Positions 1-13,190 of a DNA stretch of 64,000 nt are shown here, piece after piece. The translations under genes and the position numbers were made by a program. Positions within the stretch are counted from its first letter, which is position 1. Each line of letters begins with the position of its first letter. The stretch is from Azolla caroliniana (lineage: Eukaryota; Plantae; Polypodiophyta): NCBI GenBank assembly GCA_043228905.1, contig JBHGNT010000014.1, forward strand, positions 19,096,001 to 19,160,000. The letters run 5' to 3'. The notes beneath the pieces were generated by a model. The model made no database searches. It worked only from the letters and a program-made list of their open reading frames with translations, and was not told the origin of the DNA.

Positions 1-1699
1 AGTCAGCGGGTCCAATGTTGAGCTCATATATATTGGATTCGAATAGAAATCTTCCCATAAATAATTGGCCATTTTCTTCCCCAAAACACATATCAATAAC
101 GACTATACCAGGACGATAACATAGCCAAAATCTTAGAATATATAAAATGACGTTGACACTTGAAAAGGTAGATGATGTCAAGTGAATTTTTTTGTCAGTT
201 GCTTGGAATGGTGAAGGACATAATAAGGCCACAAAAGGATTGCATACATACATATACGACTACTTTCCAAAGTTAAAACAAAAAGATAAAACGATGTTCG
301 ATACGTTAGTCGAAAAACAAATGATAGAATGTCAAGTAAATTCCAATTGATGAATCAAGTGAAGGAACTCGACAACAAACAAGTGAGGACAGCGTACATG
401 CACATGTCACTAACACAAACTTCAACTTGTTTGGAAGGTAATTAAGTTCATACACCTATAACATGCTCTCGTCATTTATGCCCGTGTAATAAATAGTCGA
501 AGCAAAGAATGGGTGTCCCTAAAAAATATTCACTATTGTTGTCTAACTACTCATATAAAAAAAGACTTATCCTACACTTGATGCATGCATTATGCACAAA
601 CACCCCTTACAATACTTGTACTTACCAGTCGACGTTATTGGTGCTCGACTAGCTTTTTATCTCATAGGATAAATACTTGCCAAGAGACATCAAAATAAAG
701 CATAAACTAATGTTAAGATATATCCATGCTTGCAATTTTATGTGTATTCAAATCATCAATGCATCTAACATAACTTTTTGGTGTTCTTCTCTAGATCACT
801 CCAATGTTGAATGCATCCGAGAAATAAAACGCTTTAACACACCTCTCTTTTCAGTGTCTTTTATTGTTAGTATTGATGTTTTTGCTCGTGCTCGCTTTCC
901 ACGTAGCTCCTAAATCACATATTATTGGATCTTCCATAAACTTTGTTGAGTACAACAACTTTTCACACCTATAAATGGTGTGTCTATTTCTCGTATGCTT
1001 GATAAATGTTTTATGAGAGGCGTCATTAAGTACGTGTTCAATCAGTAGTTCCCTCGCATCAATATGTCTTATTCTTTACGTCTCAATTGTAATAACATAC
1101 AATGTCATGGCAAATAATTGACCCAAAACTTTTTATTTTGCTCCATTTTGTAAATGTTATAGATTTGGTGGGCCTGCACACGTTCACCGGCACTAATCCT
1201 CCATTCATTCATCAAGGTTGATCCTCAGATCCATCTAACAACATTGCGAATAGGACATTTGAGGTAGAGCAACTTGGAGTTGTGAATGATCCATACATAC
1301 CACGTAAAGTGTGTGCGCAACATTAGAATGTAGGAGTATTTTTAATAAAGACAAAAGCAAGTGGGCATAATCTAAACCAAAGATGGCCACGTCATATTTT
1401 ACTACTCAAGAAGACGTGAATATCAAATTATTTATCCAAATAAGCAAACTAAGAATAGTAATAGTTTCCCTTGGTTTGTTATGCCTCCCATTTTGTCTTT
1501 GTCTCGTGTCTATGCATTCCTTTCTTCCTCATTATTGCGACAACTTTTAACTTGTATTAGGATTCAATATGTCCAAGAAGCATGACATTTAAATCAACAT
1601 AACAACTACCAATCCACTTTTAGAGTAAACAAACGTTTACCGTCAATATTTTATGTTTCATAAATAACTTTTATAGAGCAATTGTAAACAAATATTGCA

Positions 1700-2060
1700 T
1701 TGGCATGCCTTTCCTTCACCCATTGTAACATCCACCTAAATCAAAACTGATGGCACAAGTAAGAAGACTTGTCATTGCAAATTATATAGCAAACTATGGA
1801 AGAGGGATAACCAATGAGAAAGAGTTGTGATAAATCATTATGAAACCTCTCAAATATAGGTATTCTAAATCCAAAAATAGTGATTGGTAAAACTAAAATA
1901 TGGCATTGGTAACTAGTATCATGATTTGTTGTATTTTGAAGGGAAGGTGTTTGATGGTATTCCAAAATGTAACAATAAAGGCTTGCTTTGACAAATACCA
2001 ATATTTGGATAAAGATCGTGTATAATCTAAGAAGTTGTTTGGACAATATAACAAGTGACA
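1700..2060 (+). mobile_element. Highly degenerate L1-type LINE ORF2 remnant
   Basis: Broken reading frame ...IIMKP.../IGILNPKIVIGKTKIWHW resembles the post-RT 'AWxxIxxPKxxGGLGILDP' segment of plant LINE ORF2; many stops. Confidence 0.3.
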
Positions 2061-3529
2061 CTCAACAAGCAAAATTGCAACGATTGAAGTTTCATGCCAA
2101 ATAGGGCAAATGTCTATTTTATGTGTGTTTTTTTATAAGGTGTGGAGGTTTACTCTAGATTGAAATTTGATTTAAGTTGATACCTTGAACTTAAAAAAGG
2201 GGGTAAGTAACGTGTATGTAAAGTAATTAAAGATGTTTTCTTAATACCAGTGTAATATGTTTCCAAATACTATATGTATGCATTGATTAATCACAAATAT
2301 CATGACATCACATGCAAGCCACTTTCGGCTACATGCATGTTCATGCTACCATTCTACATCCTTTTCTAGTTTTAGTTTATAGGCAATTCCAGTCCATGCA
2401 TGAGATTCCTTAGTGATTTCCTACAATCTAAAACCTTTTTCGCCTTAATTTACAAGCATTTTCAAATTGTGTGTTAGACTCTTGCGTGTTTTCCAACTTT
2501 TGACACCCATTTTCAGTCTTAATTTATAGGCATTTGCAGTTGATGTATCACATTCTTAGGTGGGGTTCCTCGTTCACATAAATGTTGTTAAACGAGGACT
2601 AGGTCGGTGCACATGAGAAGGGATGAGTGTCAACCATCCATAAGACACCAACATGGTATTAATCACCATTTATGAGCTCCTTACTCTAATATTAAACCTC
2701 TAATGAAAAAGACTTAACAATGAAGCAAATGAAGTTAGCAAATAGACTCATATGCAAAGGGTCGAACACCATACTTGAATCAAATATTAAAATATACGAG
2801 GGATTAAGGATGCCAAGGTTGAAAACTTTACCCATGGACAAACATGATAAGGACACTGATAGAGAATAAATCAAGCGATGAAGAAGTGAATCAATAGTCC
2901 AAAAAGGCACAAAAATGACATTTATAGTATTTCACAACGTTTTAAGGCTTCTTGCATTGGAATGGCTACAATGACTTACATTCTAGCTTTTCATCTCTTG
3001 CCCTATTTTCTCGTTGCATAGACTTGCGCCCTTTGTACCAATACCAATGTTAATTATGTCAAAAAGCATGGCACGTGAAGCATATGACAAGTGTTTGCAA
3101 GTCCACATGATCTCTTTGTCCATGCACATGTATGTGATATAACATGGATCCTCGAGTCGTGGCATGCTACTTTCATGGTTCTCGAGAACGTCTCGATTTA
3201 CAAATATGCCACGCACCCTACGCGTTGGAAACATGCATTTTGGAATTCAGCACAATATACGCCTAAACCTCATAAAAACATAGAAAAGGCTATGAGTTTC
3301 TTATTTCCGTGATGTTTGATCATTGAGTTGAACTTCTTTCCAGCCTCACAACCATTGACGAGAGAAACCTCTGATGTGAGTGTCAATTGTGTCGGTAAAC
3401 CAAGAACTAACTATCTTTGCATTCCACAAAGAGACGCGAGGGCAAGACGCTAATGGATGCATGCGAAAGAGGCGAAGGTGACCTGTTTGGCATAGGGTTG
3501 GTTGAAAAGGACAAATAGAGCAGGTAAAT

Positions 3530-3856
3530 AGATAGATTGATAGATAGATAGAAATGTGTGCGACGGCGGAGAAGAAGTGAGCGAGAAAGAATGCACAAGA
3601 CACATATACATACATACATACACGACATAGATACATAGATACATACGTACATACATACATACACGACACAAATACATACATACATTATACATACATACAT
3701 ACATATGTACATACACACATACACGACACAAATACATACATAGATGATAGACATATATGTATTATACATGCATGCATGCATACATACATACATACATACA
3801 TACATACATACATACATACATACATACATACATTACATTACATTACATACATACAT
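3530..3856. repeat. Compound microsatellite (GATA)n/(TACA)n/(CATTA)n upstream of G6PDH
   Basis: Direct reading; longest pure (TACA)n run about 3781-3830; it generates the spurious MYVC ORFs. Confidence 0.95.
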
Positions 3857-4199
3857 AAAAGAGAGCTAGAGAGAGTTATGCGGTGCCTTGTGTATGTATG
3901 ATTCATGAAGGAGACCTCTGTCTGTCTCTCTCTTGTGAGCCGCAAAGGGTAAGTAAGAGTTCTTAAGGCGATCGATTATATGTACAGCAAACCATGTATG
4001 TATGTATGTATGTAATGCTCTCTCGTATGTACATATGTATTTTGTGACAGGCAGCAAATACACAACCCCCTTCTTATGAACAATCTCATACCCCCCCCCC
4101 CCCCCCTCCTCCTTATTCAATCGAGAGATCGATCACTCGCAAAACAGAGAGGGGACAGTGAGTGTGAGAGTTAGAGAGTGAGCCAGCCATTCATTGCTC

Positions 4200-7100
4200 A
4201 TGGAGGTCCTCATTCCACAGAGCTATGGTGGATCTTCTTCCACTTCTCCTTCTGAACCTACGATGAAGATTCATCAATGTGGCGCTATCGCCCACCTCCA
4301 GTGGTCTTCACTCTTCGGAACACGCATATTCAAAAGAAACAAATCGCCCAAATCTGATTTATTGATCCTAAGCAAGGTCCAATGGAGATCCATGAAACGT
4401 CCTTCTTCTCCGCGTTCGTCTTCCGTGGAGTCGAGTTCGAGTTCTTTTTTGGCATCTCAAGATGGTGTGTTAATTGCATCCAAATCTCCATGTTTTCTCA
4501 GAAGAATATTGCATGGAGGTCTTTGCAGGCTTTTTGGAGAGATTATCAATCAATCCCTAGGTTTTAACATGATTTTCATCAACAATAAAACCTTTTTACA
4601 TGCGTTTTTAATTAGCAATAAACAAATTAAGTATTTTTATTTGTAACAACCATGAAAAATATAAAAATGGATTTTAGTGAAATAAAAAATCAAGAAAAAT
4701 TTCAAATACAAAGAATTAATGAATCCCAGGATTTCAAATTGAAAGTTTTCTTCTACACTCAGTATTGTGCCCTGAAAACAAAAAATGATTTCCTTGCTTT
4801 CTCTCATTACATGCATAGCCACACTGTCCTTGATCTTGGCATGTGCTTTTTATTCATCCATGTCAATTACAAAGTTTCTTCCTGTTCTCATGGATTGCAT
4901 GCTTTAAAATTAGCATAATGACATAACTCTTTCTGTTTGTGCATGCCTTATATTCATCCATTTTATTGGTTTGCTATTTGATCCTTCGACATTAAGAATC
5001 CCACTTTATTGACTTTATTTGCTGATCCTTGTTGTCATTTATTCATACTTTTGTTGTTTCTCAACATACATGGTGGGTGAATTTTAAGTTACTTTTGGGC
5101 GGGATACCTATCATAGGTAATGCCACTTAGAAACCTATTACCCATTTATTGTTCTTCAACGTGCATGTACAGTGACATTTTGAAAATTTTGGTTTTCTTA
5201 GTCATACTTTGTAATATCGGCGTTGCCAGACATGATGAAGCTTTGACCTGTTTGGTGCTTTTCAATGTTCATGTTGTGCGATCCTTTGAAATTGGGTTTA
5301 ATTTTATGGGATGATTTTGTTTAAACATGGGTATTAAGTAATGCCACTAAGAACCTGTTACCTGTTTGCTGTTTTTCAGTTTGTATACATGTTATAGGAT
5401 CCTCTGAGAACCACAGTTCTTTTTTCTGAGTAATTTTTTTTAGCAGAGGTAGTTGATATTGCCACTAAGAACCCGTTGCCCATTGGTTGTTTTGCAATAT
5501 GCACGATCAAAAGTATGTATTAGGTCTTCCAACTAAGAACCCATTACCTATTTGTTTTTTGTGTATGTGCGTGTTGGATCTGATCCTTTGGATAACCATT
5601 TGTTGTTTCTCAATATGCATGCGTGTAGTCTTTGAGAAATATAGTTATGTGGAGTTCCTTTTGGGTGTTTATTTATTATTTATTGATTTTAACACAGGTA
5701 TTGCTAACCAGGAAATTAATCAAAACCCATTATCACCTGTTTTAAAAGAAACCAATGGTCCAATATTTCACACTGACGAGGCCTTATTGGAGAGAAATTT
5801 ACCCAATTTATCTGGTCCAGAAGATGAATCCACTGTCAGCATCACCATTGTTGGGGCATCTGGTGACCTTGCCAAGAAGAAAATATTCCCTGCATTATTT
5901 GCTCTCTACTATGAAGGGTGCCTTCCAAAGGTTTCAAATCTTTGTTTTTTATTGTTAAACCCTAATTCTTAGTCATGCCTATACAATGAATTTACACCCC
6001 TGTGATTATCCATGCTTATAGGCATCATTTGTTTCGACTTTCCCTTGTTACTTAGTGTTGCATGGATGTGTGTATGCTTTGTTTTAGTAAATGCCAATAA
6101 AAACAAGTGTTCTTATGTTGCTTTTGGTAAATGATATTTCATGCCATATTATAATGAGTTTATAAACATGTGTCTAATTCAGCTTGTATGTGTTGACATG
6201 TTTGTTCTTCTGTGTTTTTTTTGTTTCCATGGAGGTGTCCTAGACAGATGGGTGCATTCTAAATGTGCAAAAGTGGACTGACCCATTTAATACATAAGTC
6301 TCCGTTGTATTGGTTGAGTATATCATGTCTAGATAATGAATGAATAATTATTATTTGGTCAATTCAGCTTATGTGCGTTAGTAATGTATATATATGGTCT
6401 AAAAGAATGCACATAATCTAACATCATAAAAAATGATCTATTGAAACTCTCCAGAATTTCACAATTTTCGGTTATGCTCGAAGCAAGATGACAGATGAAG
6501 AGCTTCGTGATATGATTAGTGGCACTTTAACTTGTAGGATAGATCAGCGGTATGTCTTCTTTTCTTTATCCTTTCTATTTTTATGAAAAGCAGGTAATAT
6601 TCATTTTTTGGAGATTGGAATCATTGCCAGGGAAAATTGTGATGATAAAATGGAGAGATTCTTGAGGCATTGTTTCTATCAAACTGGACAATACAGCTCT
6701 GAAGAAGATTTCAAGAAACTTGATGCAAAATTGAAGGTTCATGAGGTACTTACTGATTTCACCAAAATAATCTCATACTTGTATTTTGATAGCTTGATGC
6801 AAAAGACCATAAGTTAATAATGATGAGAGGAATTGTTTTTTATCATTTTTTCACGTGTATATAAGCATATTCTATGTATGAGATATTAGAGGGTTGAAAT
6901 TCATGTAAAATTTGGAGATCTGTACAGGGAGGCAGGATTGCCAATAGGCTATTCTATCTATCCATTCCACCCGATATATTTATTGATGTTGCAAGATGTG
7001 TCAGCCATTCTTCATCCTCAGAGAAAGGCTGGAGTCGAGTTATTGTGGAAAAGCCTTTTGGCAGAGATTCCAAATCCTCTGCAGAGCTAACCAAGGGCCT

Positions 7101-9351
7101 GAAACAATTCCTTGCTGAAGAACAAATTTATAGGTTTCCATTCAACTCTTTTTGCTACTTATATACCCATGCATTTAACTTAAAACCCCGTATTTGTAAT
7201 GCAAAAGCGAGAAACTACAACATGTGTGTTTTTTATTGAATAGTGAACTTTGTATGGAACTTAAAAAAATTTGACCTTTTTTTTTGTTTTTGTGGTGAAT
7301 TCTGCATCGATTCAATAAATGTATATGACAAATGTATGGGAATAAAGCAAATCTAATAACAACGATATGTGTGCAGGATTGACCACTATTTGGGGAAGGA
7401 GCTAGTTGAAAACCTCTCTGTTTTAAGATTCTCCAACCTTGTGTTTGAGCCCCTATGGTCACGGCAATACATACGAAATGTTCAGTTCCTTTTCTCTGAA
7501 GATTTTGGAACCGAGGGTCGTGGGGGGTACTGATCGTCACATTTAATTTCAATCCTTACAATTAGATCTAAAAATTCAACCCTTGCATGTGTGCACCAGA
7601 ATATAAATCTGTATAAGCTTTTTTTTTCTTGTTTCTTCTTACAATGGGGAAGCCAATTTGTTATGCATTTGAATTAAGTCCTTAACTGAACAAGAAGAGG
7701 TGGGCGTTGAATTCTCAACTTTCTCTCTTAATTTCAATTTGCATTTAAGTTTTTAACTGAACATGGAGAGGGGGGCATTGTAGTCTTGACCTATAACCAC
7801 GCAGGACAAACCCTTTTTATGTGTTAGAATCCTATAAAGTGGTGATCTTATTTATACTAATGGACACATGGATCTCTTGCAGTTATTTCGATAACTATGG
7901 AATTATACGGGATATCATGCAGAATCACTTACTACAGATGGTGGCTCTTTTTGCAATGGAGCCGCCTGTGAGTCTGGATGCAGAAGATATAAGAAATGAA
8001 AAGGTATAACAAATTTCTTTAGTTTCTTTCCATTTCTTGAAAATCTTTTTATTTTCTATCAGTTTGATCATGCATGTTACGGTTCTATACTAGAAACTTT
8101 GGGAAAATTTTCTGACTTTTACGAAATAAACTGAAGTTTAATATGCACTAAATAGTTTTAGAATATGCCATATGAAATAGATCATTAGAAAGATCTTGGG
8201 TAGCATATTCTAATTATAACCTCTTTGATTATGATTTGAAATTCTATTAGACTGAAAATGCTTTGGAGCAATCTCTGAAAATCCTTGTTCCAACTAATTG
8301 GACTTTTCCAAAATGATCTAAATCAGTGTTGTAAAAGGTTGTGGCTCAAATATCTTCCTTGTTAAGGTTTAACCATGATGCTTAAACCCATTACAGGTCA
8401 AGGTACTTCGATCGATGAGAGCTTTGCACTTGGATGATGCTGTGATTGGGCAGTACAAAAGTCACATAAGGGGTGGAGTTAAGTACCCAGGCTATACGGA
8501 TGATAAGACTGTTCCTTCAAATAGCATCACGCCGACCTTTGCAGCTGCAGCTTTGTTCATCGATAATGCTCGGTGGGATGGTGTACCTTTCCTCATGAAA
8601 GCTGGAAAAGCTTTACACAATCGAAGGTAACCCTATAACAAAAAGTAATCGTCGAATATACATATACAAATTATAACATTAATGGGATTACATTTATGCA
8701 ATGCGGCGTGCTTATATATGCTCATATGTATAACATGAATTTCTCTGTTACCAGGATGGAGATCAGGGTTCAATTCCGGCATGTGCCTGGGAATCTGTAT
8801 AAGAGAAGCTTTGGGACAGACTTGGATCAGGCCACGAATGAGCTCGTAATACGTGTTCAGCCTGATGAAGCCATATATCTGAAAATCAACAATAAGATAC
8901 CAGGGCTCGGCATGAGATTGGATCGAAGTAATCTCAATTTGCATTATGCCGACAGGTTAGTGCTTCTGTGCGCAGATATTCTTCTTAATTTCTTTCTAGT
9001 GTCATTTTGTAGTGGGTGGGGACCGCCACAACATGCCAATTGAAATATAATTCAATGAAGTTCTTACATTTCCTTCACTTGGGTGAGATTTCTAGGTACT
9101 CAAGAGAGATACCTGATGCCTATGAACGGCTCTTGCTAGATGCCATAGAAGGTGAACGCCGCCTTTTTATTCGTAGTGATGAGCTTGATGCTGCGTGGGG
9201 TCTCTTTACACCACTATTAAAGGAACTCGAGACAAGAAAAGTAGCCCCAGAACTCTATCCGTATGGGAGCCGAGGACCTGTCGGAGCATATTATCTGGCA
9301 GCGAAATACAATGTTCGATGGGGAGATATGAATGTAGAATCAAAAGCTTGA
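4200..9351 (+). CDS. G6PD: Plastid-type glucose-6-phosphate 1-dehydrogenase, 10 exons
   Basis: Exons 4200-4464, 5698-5930, 6455-6549, 6631-6745, 6928-7133, 7377-7526, 7883-8003, 8397-8626, 8755-8955, 9096-9351, all GT-AG. Motifs [10 protein letters not shown] (NADP binding), [14 protein letters not shown] (active site), RWDGVPF, DAYERLL. Ser-rich transit-peptide-like exon 1. Redox Cys pair [11 protein letters not shown] typical of plastid isoforms. Confidence 0.97.
5110..5560 (+). repeat. About 4 degenerate direct repeats in G6PDH intron 1
   Basis: Core (gtaa)TGCCACTAAGAACCYRTTACCYRTTT recurs near 5117, 5338, 5458 and 5525. Confidence 0.7.
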
Positions 9352-10519
9352 GCTTTTTTGCAGTTTGTATGGTAGCAAAATATGTCGATCTTCAGTAATA
9401 GCCAACAATATTATCAAATCGAGTTTTGATACTTAGCTTTACACAGTATTCTAGTAGAAGTCAGCGGCAGTTGTACAGGAGGATAATGGCGGTTTGGAAC
9501 TTCCTTATCAGTGTGTTCTTTTTAACCGGATTAGAGTTATTCATGGTAACTTGTATAATGCAAAAAGAAGAAAGAGTTATAAGCTAGGCCCAAAATATTT
9601 ATGTCTTTAATAGGGAGAATAAAAGTCCTCAAGGATAGAAGCTTCAGGCCATCACCATTCTAGTATGCTCATGAATAAGGTGTTTGGACAATAACACGGT
9701 ATATGGAAGCAAATTATTGATTTTTTAGTGAAGAAATTTCCAGAATCTACTTGGAGCTAATTAATATGTTTATTATCAATGATTTTTTGGATGTTCAAAA
9801 ATTTCCTCATTTAATGTGCTCAAGCTACATGGTGATGCTCATGTTTTGAAATTGGGCATACAAAGAATGTGGTTCTTATAGACTTGGTGATTAGGCTATG
9901 GGAATTTTTGCCTATTAGGATATTTTTGGATTTAAAGCCTTTCTCTTAGGGTTTTCAAAGATGATGTAGGCAAGCTACATACACCCCCATATTTACATGG
10001 GGAATTCAAGGGCATTTAGGAGATTGTGGTATGAATGTTTTCATTACTTTGGACTATTGGGATTTTTTTGAATGTGCAATTTTTTTTAATCTTAGGATGT
10101 CCGAGATTGTTATGCAAAATGATGATGCTTGCATTTCTACATAAGGTTTAGAAAATAGTAGTTTTTGTTGTTGTTGTGTTTGGCCTACATGAATATGAAA
10201 TGTCCATTTCGTGATGGTCATACTCGTGTGTTTTATATGATGAAGAGTGACAAAACCAACATGTGTAGAATTGAATTGGACCAATCCCTCCATGGTAGTA
10301 GGTTTTCATTCTCTCACGTATGCTTTTTAAAGTTCTTTCCATGATGCGTTTTAGAAGATTTTCAAAAGTTCTAAAAAATCATTCTAACTTGCGCTTTTAT
10401 GATGGTAGCCAACCTGCCAATTGATGTTTGTCTGCATGTGTTATGACTTGAATGATTGCCAATCCATCATCTCATTTCTAGGGATTATTGGACGAAGTTG
10501 TATACGCCACTTGAAGCTT

Positions 10520-12314
10520 CTTCTTTTGTCCAAAATGAAGCTACTTTCCCATTAGTTAGGAAGGATTATTACAAAGAGACTGTACAAGGAGGCTTATACA
10601 CAAATCAGGGAATCCCTCTGATCAAGTTCAAGAAAAGGAGACTACTTACATAGCCTTTCGAACTGACTACTTAGATACCTATAGCTAAAAGCGGTGCCCT
10701 TCAATGTTGGGGCCTACAACGAAGGGAGGGTGGTAGGTGAGTAGGAAACAACTAGCATGGGGGGTGGTAGTTCCACCTCGAGCCACTTCCTCCTTGCGTC
10801 ACCATAGGCGTGTTCCGCCATTTCTGCCAAAAGCGCAAATGGGTAGTGACCACGTCATTGGAATGGCTGCAAATCTCGTCCAATTGCCCTCGTAGGCAGC
10901 TGATAAGTGCAAACCATATGTCCATGATCACTTCCTTTGGGGGTCGTACCAGACCTTGGAAGACCTTAAGGCAACGCGCTTTCCATACAGACCACAAGGT
11001 GAAGCCTGCGATCAACATCCAAATTTCCGAGAACCTAAGGGATGTAGACTGCAAGCCTCTCTCAAAATGGATCTTGACGATTTTGCCTCTCGTGCATACA
11101 TAGCACCAACTATCCGCATTGAAGGCGTTTGTCTACCTATCAACCGAGTGATCAATCCATGCCGCAACACTCCACAATATTGTTCCTTCCACATCATATG
11201 CCGCAAGGAGGCGAGTCCCACAAACAATGTCTCAGAGTCTCAATAGTTGAAGAGCAAAGTGGGCAGCCTAATGGGCCGCCACGTTTACTCTATCCCATAC
11301 CTTTTGAGCTTGAGGGCAATCCCACAAACAATGTCTCAGAGTCTCAATAGGTGAAAAGCAAAGTGGGCGGCCTAACGGGCCGCCATGTTTACTCTATCCC
11401 ATACCATTTGAGCTTGAGGGCAATCCCATAAACAATGTGTCAGAGTCTCAATAGGTGAAGAGCAAAGTGGGCAGCCTAACGGGCTGCCACGTTTACCTAA
11501 CCATTTGCTAGTGGGAACCACATTATGACCGATCTGGCACCAAAAGAGCTTGATCTTTTCAGGCATGTGGAGACGCCAAAGACCCTTCTAAAAGGTAATG
11601 AGCACCTCATCAGGGATGCCCAATGTTCGCCAGCCACTACGTTGGGGGCCGACTAGCTCCAGTTGTAAAGTCTTGTCCAATTTAGTGATGTATTCGAAGA
11701 AATGACGGAGTTTGCCGTCATGTTTCCACTTGAAATCCCCTGGGTCCCATTCTAGTTCGGTTAGGGGACGGCAACCATATACCCATAACTTCCAATGGGG
11801 TTCCACCTTCCAGATGTTATCAATGTGCGCTACCACTCGGATTGGGTGCCAAGAGCCCCTACTCTGACTCTCTCCAAAAACTCTATCTCTTCCCGATCCG
11901 CCCGCGTCCTTCAACAACTTAACCATTCCAGCCTCATCAAAGATGGCTTGTCAACTAGAGGACAGGGTCACAAACTCCATCTTGTGGGCATGGTGTCACG
12001 TACGACATCATTTGGTCAAGCACAACCGGAGACACTAATCGTGTGGACTAGAAAACCATTATTTTGAAACCCTCAAGTGCGAACAAGTGACGACATGATG
12101 TTAGGGCAACTTAAAGGCCTAGCATGGGGAAAGCTGGCAGAGACAGGGCTCCACTCTATTGATGATTGGAGACGCATGGTTGCTTCAGGAGGAGCCCGGG
12201 AGGACCCATTCCCTCCCCTCAAGGGAGCAATGAAAATGCGGAGGTTGATAGCTGAGGCAGTTGACAGGGTTCCGATGGGGGAGGTGAGAGAAGATGCATG
12301 GTTCAGTCTCTTTG
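10520..12314 (-). mobile_element. 5'-truncated L1-type LINE with inverted 5' segment (about 11915-12314 reads on +)
   Basis: Minus-strand zf-RVT domain (KIKLFWCQIGHNVVPT...CPLCSSPIETLTHCLWDCPQAQMVW) and ORF2 C-terminus (...FTLWSVWKARC...FWQKW). Flanked by imperfect 18-bp TSD ATACGCCACTTGAAGCTT (10502-10519) / ATACACTACTTGAAGCTT (12315-12332). Confidence 0.85.
11216..11497. repeat. About 2.7 copies of a 104-bp unit within the LINE zf-RVT region
   Basis: TCCCAYAAACAATGTSTCAGAGTCTCAATAG starts at 11216, 11320 and 11424; repeated at +3768. Confidence 0.9.
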
Positions 12315-12917
12315 ATACACTACTTGAAGCTTACTGTATTGGACAAGTTTAAGAATACAATTATTGTGGCATGTGCATTAGCCTCCCCATATTTGCCAAA
12401 AGTATTGTGTACCCATTATGACAAGACATTGCATTGCAAATGTCTTTGATAAAAAAATTTGTTCAAGGCCATTGTGACGCTACATTGCAAATATCTAAAT
12501 CTTGATAGCCAAATTTGTGTGGTGAGCATGTTATTGGTGGTAACTTCTATTGTACTATGAAGGTTTTTTTGGTGTTTAGGTTTTAAATCCCACTGGGTTA
12601 ATAAAGCCTCAAACTATCAAGGGGGGCACTTGGTCAACAATTTCCAAATTAATGAGGGGGAAAGCTTTTCTGGTAAAAATAAAAGGTGCCTTGTCAATCT
12701 TCAAAGTTCACACTAACAAGCATCATTTATTTTTTTATATGATATTTGATGTGTCCAAAAAAGTGTTAGGAACATATTGACATTTGCGAAATATGAGATA
12801 GGCACGTGGCGACAATGAACTAAAATGAACTAGAGCCATAGTAACCCAAACTTTCACCCAAGAGAATAGACATCTATGTATACATGCTTGTGGAGCTTCA
12901 TAACTTAATGGAACCAA

Positions 12918-13190
12918 CCCCCATGTTGGCTATTTCCTACTCACCTGCCCCCCTCTCTTTGTTGTAGGCCCCAAGAGCCAACTCGTACTAGGCAACATTG
13001 AAGGGCATCGCCTTGGATATAGGTAGCTTCTTACATTAAGTTAGGCCGCAATGCATTGTAAGTAGGCTCATCTTCTTTTACTTGATCGGAGGAAGACTCC
13101 CCGATGTGTGTATAAGTCTCCTTGTAGACTCTCTATGTAATAATCCTTCCTAACTAATGGGAAAGTAGCTTCATTTTGGAAAAAAATAAA
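12918..13190 (+). mobile_element. Short (273 bp) LINE 3' end insertion, same family as 10520-12314
   Basis: Perfect 18-bp TSD ATAACTTAATGGAACCAA at 12900-12917 and 13191-13208; A-rich tail; sequence is the diverged reverse complement of about 10525-10765. Confidence 0.9.

Noticed and set aside
3346-3829. Overlapping MYVC/HTYI-rich ORFs (also 22540-23470)
   Set aside because: Translations of stop-free (TACA)n/(ATGT)n/(CT)n microsatellites.
10520-13190. Inverted repeats read as TIRs of one DNA transposon
   Set aside because: Each arm is a LINE 3' end with its own A-rich tail and separate TSD.
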